Positions 1 through 11,487 of a stretch of 64,000 nt of DNA are shown here, piece by piece. The stretch is taken from assembly GCA_963826115.1 (NCBI GenBank), contig CAWGVS010000006.1:608001-672000 (forward strand), written 5' to 3'. Origin of the DNA: an uncultured Candidatus Rokubacteria bacterium. GTDB taxonomy: Bacteria; Methylomirabilota; Methylomirabilia; Rokubacteriales; DASRDR01. Position 1 is the stretch's first letter; each line of letters starts with the position of its first letter. A program made the position numbers and the translations under genes. The notes under the pieces are model-generated. The model worked only from the letters and a program-made list of their open reading frames with translations, was not told where the DNA came from and did not search any database.

Positions 1-687
1 GTGGTGCCAGGTCCCGGCCACGGCGCTCGCCCCGGCGGCCGCCGCGGCGAGGCGGACCGTGCGGCCCGTCAGCTCGCGCACGAGCGCCAGGAGGTCGTCC
101 GAGCCCCGTCCCGTCTCCACGTCGTAGAGCGCCATGCCGGCGAGCATCGTGGGGTGGCCGAGGCCCGTGGCCGCTCGGTCCACGCGCGCGAGCCAGTCGG
201 GCAGGGACACCACGTGGAGCCCGTCGGGGAGCGGCGTCTCGCGCAGGAGGTGGACGAGGTTCATGAGGGGCAGACCCGGGCGGGGGCGCATGCCGGTGAT
301 CGCCCGGAAGCGGTCGCCGAGGGCGCGCGTGACGAGCGTGACGCTGTCGACGCCGCCGATCGGCTCGCGCGAGCGCTCGTCCCGCCAGCCCACGTAGCCG
401 GAGCGGGGCTGCCCCGCGTCGTCGACGAGCGCGAAGCCGTGCATCTCGCTGCACGTCACGATTCCGGCGAGCGGGGCGTCGGACTCGTCCGCGTAGCGCC
501 GGCAGAGCTCGAGGAAGCGGTCGCGAATCGCCTCGAGCGGCACCTCGAAGCGCCCGGGCGGCCCCGGGCTCGGCGCGATCGCCGGGTGATGGCGCACCCG
601 GGTGAGCGCGCCCGTCTCGACGTCGATGAGCGCGGACTTGGTGCTGGTCGTCCCGAAGTCGATGCCGAGATAGGGCGGGACGGTCAC
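1..687 (-). CDS. FGGY-family carbohydrate kinase (3' end outside window)
   Basis: Not in ORF track; manual translation from GTG at 687 (GTGA overlap with upstream gene) gives VTVPPYLGIDFGTTSTKSALID...CSEMHGFALVD...GWRDER, matching the FGGY phosphate-1 loop and the xMHG and W-x-D-x-R motifs. Confidence 0.85.
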   Translation of the reverse strand, partial: MTVPPYLGIDFGTTSTKSALIDVETGALTRVRHHPAIAPSPGPPGRFEVPLEAIRDRFLELCRRYADESDAPLAGIVTCSEMHGFALVDDAGQPRSGYVGWRDERSREPIGGVDSVTLVTRALGDRFRAITGMRPRPGLPLMNLVHLLRETPLPDGLHVVSLPDWLARVDRAATGLGHPTMLAGMALYDVETGRGSDDLLALVRELTGRTVRLAAAAAGASAVAGTWHH

Positions 688-1304
688 GGCAGCTCGAGGA
701 TCACCTGGTACGCCGACGGGTTGAGCGCGCGCATGGCGGGGTGGTCGGACGGGAAGTCGCGGTCGCCGATCACCTGGTCGACGAGGTCGCGCGGCGCGCC
801 GTGCGGCGGCTCGAGCCGCACGATCAGGCGGCAGCGCGGCGAGGCGATCGCGTCGAGCCGGCCGCCCCGCCAGTCCACGACCGTCCCGCCGTAGTCCCAC
901 GCGAAGCCGGCCAGCGCGAAGGGCCGCTCGTTCAGCCGCTCGAGCGTCCGGAGGTCGGTGCCGATCTCGATGTCCCGGTAGCCACGCCAGCGGCTCTCGC
1001 CGTCCACCATGAGCCAGATCTTGGACTGGAGCACGGCCCGATCCTTCCACACGACGCTGAGACGGCGCCGCGGGTCGTCGGGGAAGATCACCGTGCCCGG
1101 CCGCGTCTCGCCCTCGCCGATCTCGACGGCGCCGTCGCGGAGCTGGTTCGGGGCGAAGGCGCGGGCGAGGAGCGCCGGCGAGACCTGGCGGTCGAGCATC
1201 CGCCCGGGATCGCGAAGCGTGAGCGCGCACGGATCGGCCGGCGTCACCGCCAGTCCCGCCGGCGCGCCGGCCGCCACCACCGCGACGCCGAGCGCGACGG
1301 CCAC
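684..1304 (-). CDS. hypothetical secreted protein
   Basis: N-terminal hydrophobic signal-like segment; typical codon usage; stop overlaps the kinase start. Confidence 0.7.
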   Translation of the reverse strand: MAVALGVAVVAAGAPAGLAVTPADPCALTLRDPGRMLDRQVSPALLARAFAPNQLRDGAVEIGEGETRPGTVIFPDDPRRRLSVVWKDRAVLQSKIWLMVDGESRWRGYRDIEIGTDLRTLERLNERPFALAGFAWDYGGTVVDWRGGRLDAIASPRCRLIVRLEPPHGAPRDLVDQVIGDRDFPSDHPAMRALNPSAYQVILELP

Positions 1305-1385
1305 CAGCCTCGCGCGGTGGCCCTCGCCGTCACCCGGGCGGGGCGGCCTCAGGCCGTTCCTCAGCGCGGCCGGGCCGTCGCGCGG

Positions 1386-2495
1386 CTACGGCACGATGGC
1401 GCCGCGGGTGACGTGGCCGTCCTCCTGCTGGCGGAAGGCCTCGTTGATCTCGGCGAGCGGGAACGTGTGGGACAGGATGCGGTCGTAGGGGTAGCGCTCG
1501 CGCGTGCGGATCATGAGGTCGAGCGCGCCCTTCAAGTGCTCCGCCTCGTAGTGGGCGACGCCGATGATGCGGCGGTTCCCGAAGAGGATCCACGAGGGGT
1601 CGAAGCGCGTCTCCCAGCCGACGTTGATGTTGCCGACCTCGAGGTACGCGCCCTCGGGCGCCGTCATCCGGAGCCCCTCGTCCACGACGTTGGGGTTGCC
1701 GACCAGCTCCATCACCACGTCGGCCCCCCACCGCTCGGTGAGCTCCAGCACGCGCTCGATCCGCGCCGCCGGCGTCGGGCACTCGCGCATGTCCACGATC
1801 TCGTCGGCGCCGAAGTCCTTGGCGAGCGCGAGCCGCTCCTCGACGCCGTCGATCACGATGATCCGGGACGCGCCCATCTCGCGGGCGACGGCGCAGGCGT
1901 AGACGCCGAGGCCGCCGGCGCCCTGGATCGCGACGGTGCGCCCGGCCTTGAAGCCCGCGATCTCGAGGGCCGCGTAGACCTGGGTGAGGGCGCAGTTGAT
2001 GCCGGCGGCCATCCCGTCGGTGATCTCGTCGGGGATCCGGAAGATCGCGTGGTTCGGGCCGAGGTAGAAGTACTCGCCGTAGCCGCCCTGGAAGTGCGGC
2101 CACACCTCGCACGACACCGACCAGTTCGACTGGCGCGTCGGGCAGGACTTGAAGGTCCGGCGGAGGCAGGCGCGGCAGCGACCGCAGGGCAGGAAGTAGC
2201 GGTAGATGACGCGATCGCCCTCGCGGAGGGGCTGGCCCGCCGAGTCGGTCGTCACGCCGGCGCCGAGCTTGTGGACCGTGCCCATGTGCTCGTGGCCGGT
2301 GTTGAGCGGGAGCTTCCGCCCCCGCTTCTCCATGTCCTGCTCGCCCTTCCAGTAGTGCATGTCGGACCCGCAGACGTTCGCGATCGCGACCTTGACGACC
2401 AGCGCGCCGGGCTTCGGCTCCGGCACCGGATACTCGCGGATCTCGAAGCCCTTGCCGAGGCCCATCCACGCCGCCAGCTTGCCCGTCTCAGCCAT
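1386..2495 (-). CDS. zinc-binding alcohol dehydrogenase (MDR family)
   Basis: CGSD, GHE, CxxCxxC zinc motifs, GAGGLG Rossmann motif; AAGGAG RBS. Confidence 0.93.
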   Translation of the reverse strand: MAETGKLAAWMGLGKGFEIREYPVPEPKPGALVVKVAIANVCGSDMHYWKGEQDMEKRGRKLPLNTGHEHMGTVHKLGAGVTTDSAGQPLREGDRVIYRYFLPCGRCRACLRRTFKSCPTRQSNWSVSCEVWPHFQGGYGEYFYLGPNHAIFRIPDEITDGMAAGINCALTQVYAALEIAGFKAGRTVAIQGAGGLGVYACAVAREMGASRIIVIDGVEERLALAKDFGADEIVDMRECPTPAARIERVLELTERWGADVVMELVGNPNVVDEGLRMTAPEGAYLEVGNINVGWETRFDPSWILFGNRRIIGVAHYEAEHLKGALDLMIRTRERYPYDRILSHTFPLAEINEAFRQQEDGHVTRGAIVP

Positions 2496-2701
2496 CGTGT
2501 CGCTCCTTGTCGCGGGGAAATGAGGTCGGGAACGCCGCCCAGTCTACATCGTCGCCGGACGGGCGGCATCCGGCCGGGTCTGCCCCCAGGACGCTCGACC
2601 GCTTGACGCCCGCCCCCGGCGACGCCAATGTGGGCCGTCTTGCCGGAGCCCCGTGCCGAGTACCGCGGGCGCCCGGACCATTCCGTGGAGGGAGCTCCAG
2701 C

Positions 2702-3823
2702 GTGCCACCGAGGCGGGTCGCGGTCGTCGGAGCCGGCTGGAGTGGCGTTGCCGCGGCTCGTCGGCTCCACGACCTCGGCGTGGCCGTCGAGGTCTTCGAG
2801 GCCGCGGACACGGCGGGCGGCCACTCCCGCGCGGAGCGCCTCCGCGGCGTGCTCTACGAGCCGAACGGCCCCCACGTGTTCCACACCTCGGACCCGCGCG
2901 TCGCGGACTTCGTCCACCGCTTCGGGCTCGTCCGGCCGTACGCGCACCGGCCGCTGACCCTGGTGCGGGTCGACGGCGAGCTCCGGCACTTCTCGTGGCC
3001 GCTCCAGCTGGAGGAGCTCCGGTCGCTGCCGGAATGGACCCGGATCCGGACTGAGCTCGCCACCCGGCCGGCCGTCCCCGCCACGAGCGACTTCGAGGCG
3101 TACTGCGTGTCGCTCCTGGGCGAGACGCTGTACCGGCTGTTCGTCTATCACTACACGGTCAAGCAGTGGGGCGTCGCGCCGCGGACCCTTGGGGCGGAGA
3201 TGGCCGTTCGCCGCATCCACCTCCGGGACGACGGGGACCGGCGTCTTCATCGGGAGACGTGGGAGTACTTCTCGCCGGAGGGCGTGAACCCGGTCGTCGA
3301 GGCGGCGCTCCGCGACATCCCGCTCCACCTGGGCGTGGAGGTGTCTCTCGCCGACCTCGGCGCCGCGCCGTTCCGGGCGTTCGACGCCGCCGTCGTGACG
3401 GCGCCGCTCGACGCGTTCTCGGGCGCGGCGACCGCGCTCCCGTGGCGCGGGATCCGGGTGGAGGCCCGGTACTGCGAGACCGAGACGCCGGACGCGACCG
3501 TGACCCGCGGCTACGCCGTGAACCGGCCCGATCCCGACGTGCCGTTCACGCGCACGGTGGAGACCAAGCACGCGAGCGGGCAGCGGATCCGGGGCACCGT
3601 CGTCTGCGAGGAGTACCCGGGGCACCCGGCGAAGCACTACCCGGTGCCCACGAAGGATCACGAGCACGAGCGGCGGAACCGCGCCCTCCAGGCCCTGATC
3701 CGCCGGGAGAGCCCGGTGCCCGTCGTCTTCTGCGGGCGGCTGGCGAACTACGTCTACATCAACCAGGACGAGGCGATCCTCCAGGGCCTGCGCGCGGCCG
3801 ACGAGCTGGCCGGTCTCGGCTGA
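2702..3823 (+). CDS. glf: UDP-galactopyranose mutase-like flavoenzyme
   Basis: GAGWSG FAD motif, GPHVFHT, YTVKQWG, FTRTVETKH, EYP, GRLANYVYINQD; GTG start after GGAGGGAG. Confidence 0.85.
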   Translation: MPPRRVAVVGAGWSGVAAARRLHDLGVAVEVFEAADTAGGHSRAERLRGVLYEPNGPHVFHTSDPRVADFVHRFGLVRPYAHRPLTLVRVDGELRHFSWPLQLEELRSLPEWTRIRTELATRPAVPATSDFEAYCVSLLGETLYRLFVYHYTVKQWGVAPRTLGAEMAVRRIHLRDDGDRRLHRETWEYFSPEGVNPVVEAALRDIPLHLGVEVSLADLGAAPFRAFDAAVVTAPLDAFSGAATALPWRGIRVEARYCETETPDATVTRGYAVNRPDPDVPFTRTVETKHASGQRIRGTVVCEEYPGHPAKHYPVPTKDHEHERRNRALQALIRRESPVPVVFCGRLANYVYINQDEAILQGLRAADELAGLG

Positions 3824-3938
3824 CCGGGCGGCGCCGCGCTCCGGCGCGGCGCCGTGGCGGCCGCGACGCCCGTGATACGCTAGCGCCGTTCCGTGCGGGT
3901 TGGCCGAGCCGGCCCGCGTCACCGACAGGGAGGCTCCG

Positions 3939-5009
3939 ATGCGCGTCGGCTACTTCACGATGCCCCTCCATCCCCCCGGCGCCGATCCCGGCCGCACGAT
4001 GGCCGACGACCTCGAGCAGCTCGTCTTCCTCGACGGGCTCGGCTACGAGGAGGCGTGGATCGGCGAGCACATCACGGCGGAGTGGGAGAACATCCCGTGC
4101 CCGGACCTCTTCATCGCCCAGGCGCTCGGGATGACGCGTCGGATGAAGCTCGGGACCGGCGTCTCGTGCCTCCCGAACCACAACCCGCTGATGCTGGCGC
4201 AGCGCATCGCGCAGCTCGACCAGATGGCGCGCGGCCGGTTCCTGTGGGGTGTCGGCTCGGGCGGGTTCCCGGGCGACCTCGAGCTGTTCGAGCTCGACTC
4301 GAAGGCCGGAGAGCACCGCGCGGTCACGCGCGCGATGCTGGACCTCGTCCTCGACCTCTGGAACGACCCGAAGCCCGGGGTCTACGAGGCGCCGCGCTGG
4401 CGGTTCCGCGTCCCGGAGCCGCAGGAGGACATCGCGCTCCGGCTCCACCTCCGGCCGTACCAGCGGCCCCACCCGCCGATCGCGGTCGCGGGGGTGACGG
4501 AGAAGTCGGACACGCTCGCGCTGGCCGGCGAGCGCGGCTACATCCCGATGAGCATCAACTTCGTGCCGCCGCGCGTCCTCAAGACCCACTGGGCCTCGAT
4601 CGAGGCCGGCGCGCGCCAGGGCGGGCGGGTGGCCGACCGCGGGACCTGGCGCATCGCCCGCGACGTCTTCATCGCCGACACGACGGCGGAGGCGCGCCGG
4701 CAGGCGCTCACCGGCAACATGGCTCGCGACTGGACCGGCTACTTCTTCCCGCTCCTCCGCAAGGGGCGGGGGCTCGACGTCATGAAGCAGGACCCCGCCA
4801 TGCCGGACAGCGCGCTCACGCTCGAGTACCTCGCCGACCACCTGTGGCTGGTCGGCGACCCCGACGAGGTCGTGCGGAAGATCCGCGCGCTCCGCGACGA
4901 GGTCGGCGACTTCGGCACGCTCCTCGTCATCGGCCACGAGTGGGAGCCGCGGGAGGCGTGGACGAAGTCCATGCGGCTCCTGGTCGACGACGTGCTCCCC
5001 CGGCTGTGA
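3939..5009 (+). CDS. LLM-class flavin-dependent oxidoreductase (limonene monooxygenase-like)
   Basis: GYFTMPLHPP, EAWIGEH, KLGTGVSCLP, DQMARGR motifs; GGAGG RBS. Confidence 0.9.
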   Translation: MRVGYFTMPLHPPGADPGRTMADDLEQLVFLDGLGYEEAWIGEHITAEWENIPCPDLFIAQALGMTRRMKLGTGVSCLPNHNPLMLAQRIAQLDQMARGRFLWGVGSGGFPGDLELFELDSKAGEHRAVTRAMLDLVLDLWNDPKPGVYEAPRWRFRVPEPQEDIALRLHLRPYQRPHPPIAVAGVTEKSDTLALAGERGYIPMSINFVPPRVLKTHWASIEAGARQGGRVADRGTWRIARDVFIADTTAEARRQALTGNMARDWTGYFFPLLRKGRGLDVMKQDPAMPDSALTLEYLADHLWLVGDPDEVVRKIRALRDEVGDFGTLLVIGHEWEPREAWTKSMRLLVDDVLPRL

Positions 5010-5034
5010 CCCTCGCCCGACAGGAGAACGCCCC

Positions 5035-6147
5035 GTGACCACGCGCGCGCCCGCCGTCGTCGGAACGCCCGTCGCCGAGATCGACACGCCCGCGCTCGTC
5101 GTCGACCTCGACGCCTACGAGCACAACCTGGACCTGATGGCCGCGTCGCTCGCCGGCAAGCCGGTCCGCCTCCGCGGCCACGCCAAGACCCACAAGTGCC
5201 CCGTCGTCGCGCTCCACCAGATCGCCCGGGGCGCCGTCGGGTCCTGCTGCCAGAAGGTGAGCGAGGCCGAGGCGATGGTCGCCGGCGGCGTGCGGAACGT
5301 CCTCGTCTCCAACGAGATCGTGGACCGCCGCAAGATCGACCGGCTCGTCGCCCTCGCCCGGCAGGCCGAGGTCTCGGTGTGCGTCGACGACCCCCGGAAC
5401 GTCGACGACCTCGACGCGGCCGCGCGCGCCGCCGGCGTGCGCCTGGCGGTCCTGGTCGAGATCGACGTCGGCAACCTCCGGTGCGGCGTCGCGCCCGGCG
5501 AGCCCGCGGTCGCGCTGGCCCGGCACGTGGCGGCGAAGCGCGGGCTCCGGTTCGCGGGGCTCCAGGCCTACTACGGCCGCGCGCAGCACATCAACGAGGA
5601 GGAGAAGCGCCGGGCGGCGATCGACACGTGCATCGCCGACGTGCGGCACACCGTCGACCTCCTCGCGCGGGAGGGGCTCGCCTGCGAGATGGTGTCGGGC
5701 GCCGGGACCGGCAGCTACCGCTGGGAGGCGGCGAGCGGCGTCTACAACGAGGTCCAGGCCGGCTCCTACTGCTTCATGGACGTGGAGTACGGGCTCGTCG
5801 AGGGCTTCCCGCGCGAGTTCCGGCAGTCGCTCTTCGTCCTGGCGGCCGTCATGAGCCGCCCGGCCCCCGAGCGCGCGGTGGTCGACGCCGGGCTGAAGGC
5901 GCTCTCCGTCGACAAGGGAATGCCGCGCGTCCACGGCCTCGCCGGCGTCGAGTTCCAGCGGGCGTCGGACGAGCACGGCGTGCTGCATGTCGGGCCCGGC
6001 GCCCAGGGCCTCAGCCTCGGCGACCGCGTGTGGCTGATCCCCGGCCACTGCGACCCGACCATCAACCTCTACGACTGGTACGTCGCGGTCCGCGACGGCC
6101 GGGTCGAGGCCCTCTGGCCGATCACCGCGCGCGGCGCGGTCCTGTGA
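5035..6147 (+). CDS. DSD1-family PLP enzyme (D-threonine / 3-hydroxy-D-aspartate aldolase-like)
   Basis: TPALVVD, RGHAKTHK PLP lysine, GAGTGS, SDEHG, PGHCDPT. Confidence 0.9.
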   Translation: MTTRAPAVVGTPVAEIDTPALVVDLDAYEHNLDLMAASLAGKPVRLRGHAKTHKCPVVALHQIARGAVGSCCQKVSEAEAMVAGGVRNVLVSNEIVDRRKIDRLVALARQAEVSVCVDDPRNVDDLDAAARAAGVRLAVLVEIDVGNLRCGVAPGEPAVALARHVAAKRGLRFAGLQAYYGRAQHINEEEKRRAAIDTCIADVRHTVDLLAREGLACEMVSGAGTGSYRWEAASGVYNEVQAGSYCFMDVEYGLVEGFPREFRQSLFVLAAVMSRPAPERAVVDAGLKALSVDKGMPRVHGLAGVEFQRASDEHGVLHVGPGAQGLSLGDRVWLIPGHCDPTINLYDWYVAVRDGRVEALWPITARGAVL

Positions 6148-6959
6148 CCGAGCCGCCCCGGCGCCGGCGCCCCGTCGCGGGGAGCACGGCGACGTGGCGC
6201 GAGGCGGGCGCCGGCCCCCCGCTCGTCCTGGTCCACGGCGCCGGCGGCTCCGCGGATCTCTGGGACCCGCAGCTCGACGGGCTGGCCGACGTCGCGCGCG
6301 TGGTCGCGCCGGACCTCCCGGGCCATGGGCGCGCGCCGGGGCAGGGGAAGCCCAGCATCGCCGCCTACGCCGTGTGGCTCGGCACCTTCCTCGGGACGCT
6401 CCGCGCGGGGCGCGCGGTCGTCGTCGGGCACTCGATGGGCGGCGCGGTCGCGCAGGCGCTCGCGCTCCGCTCGCCCGGACGCCTGGCCGGGCTGGTGCTG
6501 ATCGGCACCGGCGCCAAGCTCCGCGTGCTCCCGCGCCTCGTGGACCTCCTGCGCCAGCGCCCCCGTGAGGCCCAGAGCCTCATCCACGACCTCGTGTTCG
6601 CGGCCGCGACGCCGCGGGAATGCGGCCAGGCCGTCGATCGCGTCCTGCGCCAGGGCGCGCCGCTCGTGACGCTCGGCGACTACCTGGCGTGCGACCGGTT
6701 CGACGTCCGGGCCGAGCTCGAGCGCATCCGGCTTCCGACCCTCGTCGTCGCGGGCGCCGAGGACCGGCTCACGCCCCCGAAGTACGCGCGGTTCCTCGCC
6801 GACCAGATCCCGGGTGCGCGCCTGGTCGAGATTCCCGGCGCGGGACACTTCCCGCAGCTCGAGCAGCCCCGGGCGGTGAACGCCGCGATCCGCGAGTTCC
6901 TGGCGGGTGTTGGCGGCGGAGCGGCGGGCGGCCGGGAGCCGACGGCCGCGCCGTCATGA
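6144..6959 (+). CDS. alpha/beta fold hydrolase
   Basis: HGAGG, DLPGHG, GHSMGG nucleophile elbow, GH catalytic His; GTGA overlap with the previous gene. Confidence 0.88.
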   Translation: MTEPPRRRRPVAGSTATWREAGAGPPLVLVHGAGGSADLWDPQLDGLADVARVVAPDLPGHGRAPGQGKPSIAAYAVWLGTFLGTLRAGRAVVVGHSMGGAVAQALALRSPGRLAGLVLIGTGAKLRVLPRLVDLLRQRPREAQSLIHDLVFAAATPRECGQAVDRVLRQGAPLVTLGDYLACDRFDVRAELERIRLPTLVVAGAEDRLTPPKYARFLADQIPGARLVEIPGAGHFPQLEQPRAVNAAIREFLAGVGGGAAGGREPTAAPS

Positions 6960-8497
6960 GAGTGATCCGCGTCTCGGTGACCGACGGCGGCGCGCCCGGC
7001 GATCCGGGCCGGAAGGTTCGCCGGCTGGTGCTGCTCGGCATCGTGATCGGCGTCGGCCTGCCCCTCCTCGTCGCCTTCGGCGTGGGGCGCGGCCTCTACC
7101 AGGCGTTCTTCCGGACGCCGGAGCTCCGCGCCCTCCTCTTCGAGGGCGGGCGGGTCGCGCGGGGCGCCGTCCTCCCGGTGGCCGACGGCGCCGTCGTGCT
7201 GAGCCAGGAGAACGCGCAGCCCGTGGCCGAGGCGATCCGCGCCGGCGCGCGACAGGCCGGGCAGGCGCGCGTGTACCTGAGCCGGATCGGCGCGCCGCCC
7301 GCCGACAAGCCGCGCTGGGACGTCGCGCTCGAGGGCGTGGCCGGGCCGGACGCGGGCCAGGTGCGCCTCTGGCTCGGCGGCGCCCGCGTGCTGGTCGCGA
7401 TCCGCGAGCGCCTCGAGGCGCGCGCCCTCGATACCGGGGTCGTGGCGTGGGTCGCCACGATGTCCGACGCGATCCACGCCGCCTGCCGCCAGTGCCTCGC
7501 GGTCGGGGGCGGCCGGGTCGTCGTCCTCGCGGCCGACGGCGTCGTGCAGGCCTTCGACGGGGCGACCGGGCGGCCGCTCTGGAGGGCCGAGACGCGGCTC
7601 AACCGACCGGTCGCGCCGGACCTCGAGATCGCGGGCGCCCTCGTGGGCTTCGTCGACCGCGGGGCGGCCGGGCGGGACGCCGAGCTCGTCCTGGTCCGCG
7701 CGGACTCGGGCCAGCCGGTCCGGCGGATCGCGCCGGGCTGCGGGACGCCGGCGCTCGACACGACGCAGGCCGAGTACGCGGGCGATCGCGTGGTCCTGGC
7801 ACTCGGCCGCGGCGGCGTCGCGTCCTGCTTCGAGGCCTGGGATCTCCGGCGCGGGGCGCGGATCTGGCAGACCGCGCTGCCCCGGCCCGGCGCGCGGGTC
7901 GACGAGGCGCGCGTCCCCTGGTACGCGGCCGACGCGCGGAGTCTCCACGTGGGGCAGGCGAGCGTCTCGGCCGGGGCGCGCGGCACGGTGTGGTCGCTCG
8001 CCCTCGACACGGGCCGGCTCCGCTCCTGGCCGGCGCCGGAGGGCTACGAGACGCGCGTCCTCGACGCGCGGGACGGCGCGCTGATCCTGCGCGCCACCCG
8101 TCAGCGCGGCACGGTGCGGGACGAGCTCTGGGCGCTCGACGTCGAGCGCGGCGCCACGCTGTGGGAGAAGCCGCTCGGCGCGACGGGCGGCGCGCCGCCG
8201 CGCTGGACGGCGCGGCTCGTCCCGGCCGGCGTGGCGCTTCTCCAGGCGCTCGACGGGCCCAGCCGGGTCGCGCACGAGACGCTCGATCTCCGCACCGGCC
8301 GGAGCCTCGCCGGCGCGACCGCCGAGGTCGAGGCCGCCAGCTGGGACGGCGTCGCGTGGACCGACGAGGCCGCGTGGCTCACGATGGCCTCGCCGTACCG
8401 GGTGGACCTCCGCGCGGGGGCGGTGGCGCGCGCCTGGCCGTGGCAGAGCCTGGCCAACTGCAAGAACATCGGTGGAAAGGTGGTGTGCACGCGATGA
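6956..8497 (+). CDS. membrane-anchored PQQ-type beta-propeller repeat protein
   Basis: One N-terminal TM helix; repeats such as AFDGATGRPLW, WDLRRGARIW, ALDVERGATLW. Confidence 0.7.
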   Translation: MRVIRVSVTDGGAPGDPGRKVRRLVLLGIVIGVGLPLLVAFGVGRGLYQAFFRTPELRALLFEGGRVARGAVLPVADGAVVLSQENAQPVAEAIRAGARQAGQARVYLSRIGAPPADKPRWDVALEGVAGPDAGQVRLWLGGARVLVAIRERLEARALDTGVVAWVATMSDAIHAACRQCLAVGGGRVVVLAADGVVQAFDGATGRPLWRAETRLNRPVAPDLEIAGALVGFVDRGAAGRDAELVLVRADSGQPVRRIAPGCGTPALDTTQAEYAGDRVVLALGRGGVASCFEAWDLRRGARIWQTALPRPGARVDEARVPWYAADARSLHVGQASVSAGARGTVWSLALDTGRLRSWPAPEGYETRVLDARDGALILRATRQRGTVRDELWALDVERGATLWEKPLGATGGAPPRWTARLVPAGVALLQALDGPSRVAHETLDLRTGRSLAGATAEVEAASWDGVAWTDEAAWLTMASPYRVDLRAGAVARAWPWQSLANCKNIGGKVVCTR

Positions 8498-8826
8498 GGA
8501 AGGGACCGTTGCGCCGGGGCGGGCTGGTCGTCCGCCCCGCCGATCACCGCGGCGACTTCTTCCGGGTCCTGCAGGAGACGGAGCGGAGCCAGACCGCGGT
8601 CATGACCGTCGCGCCCGGCCAGGACGCGGGCCCCGAGGAGACCCACGTCGCCGACCAGATCCTCTACGTGATCGAGGGCCAGGCCGAGGTGCGCATCGGG
8701 ACGGAGCTCGCGATCGCCGGTCCCGGGACGCTCGTCACGATCCCCGCGGGGACGCCTCACCACGTCCGGAGCACGGGCGCGGTCTCGCTCTTCTTCCTCA
8801 CGGTCTACGCCCCGCCGGAGTACTGA
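8494..8826 (+). CDS. cupin domain protein
   Basis: ETHVADQILYVIEG and IPAGTPHHVRSTG cupin motifs, YAPPEY end; ATGA overlap. Confidence 0.85.
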   Translation: MRKGPLRRGGLVVRPADHRGDFFRVLQETERSQTAVMTVAPGQDAGPEETHVADQILYVIEGQAEVRIGTELAIAGPGTLVTIPAGTPHHVRSTGAVSLFFLTVYAPPEY

Positions 8827-8885
8827 GCACCCGGCGAGACGCGTGGTGAGGCGGCCGGCGCCCCGCCCGCCTCGGCGTGCCGCCG

Positions 8886-10004
<1,119 letters not shown>

Positions 10005-10152
10005 GACGCCATTCTAACCGGACTTCTTCCGCGCGAGCGCCCACGCTGGCGACCGGCGCGCCGCGCGTGCCAGAATCGGTCCAAGCCGGGGTGAGGCCCC
10101 GAGTGTGACGATCGGCGACCGAGGGGCCTGGCCCCACCAAGGAGACACCGCG

Positions 10153-10941
10153 ATGCGCTACGAGACGATCACGCTGGACGTCGCCCAGGGGATCGCCACC
10201 ATCACCCTGAACCGCCCGGAGGCCTACAACGCGCTGACCCTCACCCTCGCCCGGGAGCTCTTCGGCGCCGTGCTCGAGGTGGACGAGGACCCCGCGGTCC
10301 GCTGCGTCGTCCTCACGGGCGCGGGGAAGGCGTTCTGCGGCGGCGGCGACGTCAAGGAGTTCGCGCAGGGCCTGCCGCGCGTCGGGGTCCTGCTGAAGGA
10401 GCTGACGACGTACATCCACGGCGTGGTCTCGCGGCTCGTCCGTACGCCGAAGCCCGTCATCACCGCCGTCAACGGCGTGGCGGCCGGCGGCGGGCTCGCC
10501 CTCGCGCTGGGGGGTGACCTCGTCATCGCCGCCGAGTCGGCGCGCTTCACGATGGCCTACTCGCGCATCGGGGCCACGCCCGACGGGTCCTCGACCTACT
10601 GGCTGCCGCGCCTTTGCGGCATCCGGCGCGCGATGGAGCTCTTCTACACGAACCGCGTCCTCACCGCGAAGGAGGCCGTGGAGTGGGGGATCGCGACCCG
10701 CGCCGTTCCCGATGCGGAGTTCCCCGCCGCGGTGCGCGCGCTGGCGGCGGAGCTCGCCCAGGGCCCGACGCTCGCGCTGGGGCGGGGGAAGCGCCTCCTC
10801 CACCTCTCGACGACCGAGAGCCTCGAGACGCAGATGGAGCACGAGAGTCAGGCGATCGCCCAGAGCGGCCACACGGACGACTTCGCCGAGGGCGTCCGCG
10901 CCTTCTCGGAGAAGCGTCCGGCGACCTTCCGCGGCCGCTAG
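10153..10941 (+). CDS. enoyl-CoA hydratase/isomerase (PaaG-like)
   Basis: LNRPEAYNA, AFCGGGD, AVNGVAAGGG, EKRPATFRG; AAGGAG RBS. Confidence 0.92.
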   Translation: MRYETITLDVAQGIATITLNRPEAYNALTLTLARELFGAVLEVDEDPAVRCVVLTGAGKAFCGGGDVKEFAQGLPRVGVLLKELTTYIHGVVSRLVRTPKPVITAVNGVAAGGGLALALGGDLVIAAESARFTMAYSRIGATPDGSSTYWLPRLCGIRRAMELFYTNRVLTAKEAVEWGIATRAVPDAEFPAAVRALAAELAQGPTLALGRGKRLLHLSTTESLETQMEHESQAIAQSGHTDDFAEGVRAFSEKRPATFRGR

Positions 10942-11040
10942 GTGCGGCTCGGCCCGCCCGCTTCCCCGCGCGGCGCTCCCGCGCCCGGCCGGCGGCCGGG
11001 CGCCCGGCCGGGGGCCGGCGGCCTCCCCGGTTCGCGGGAG

Positions 11041-11487
11041 CTAGCGGCGGCGCTTCGCGGGCGCGCGGCGGGCCGGCTTCCGGGCCCGCGACGCGGCGCG
11101 CGCCGGCGGCATCGCGGCGACGGTCCGGATCTCGATCAGGAGCCCCGCGCGCGGCAGGACGGCCTGCACCGTCGTCCGCGCCGGCGGGTCCGTCGGGAAG
11201 AAGGTCTTGTAGACCTCGTTGAACGCCGCGAAGTCGCCGATGTCGGAGAGGAGGCACAGGCACTCGATCGAGTGCGCGAGCGAGGTGCCGGCCGCCTTGA
11301 GGATCGCCTCGACGTTCTGGAGCACCTGCCGCGTCTGCTCGCGGATGCCGCCGGCCACGATCTGGCTCGTGGCGGGGTCGAGCGCGACCTGCCCGGCCAC
11401 GTAGACGAGATCGCCGTGACGGATGCCCTGGGAGTAGGGGAGACCGGTGCGGGGGCCCTTGTCGGTGCTGATGACCTGGCGCTTCAT
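11041..11487 (-). CDS. RidA/YjgF family protein with basic C-terminal tail
   Basis: PYSQG, AGQVALDP, FNEVY, PARTTV, IEI motifs. Confidence 0.9.
   Translation of the reverse strand: MKRQVISTDKGPRTGLPYSQGIRHGDLVYVAGQVALDPATSQIVAGGIREQTRQVLQNVEAILKAAGTSLAHSIECLCLLSDIGDFAAFNEVYKTFFPTDPPARTTVQAVLPRAGLLIEIRTVAAMPPARAASRARKPARRAPAKRRR

Noticed and set aside
1-894. 297-aa plus-strand ORF and the many other long Arg/Gly/Pro-rich ORFs in the track
   Set aside because: Shadow ORFs typical of high GC; they overlap genes with clear motifs in another frame or strand (here the FGGY kinase)
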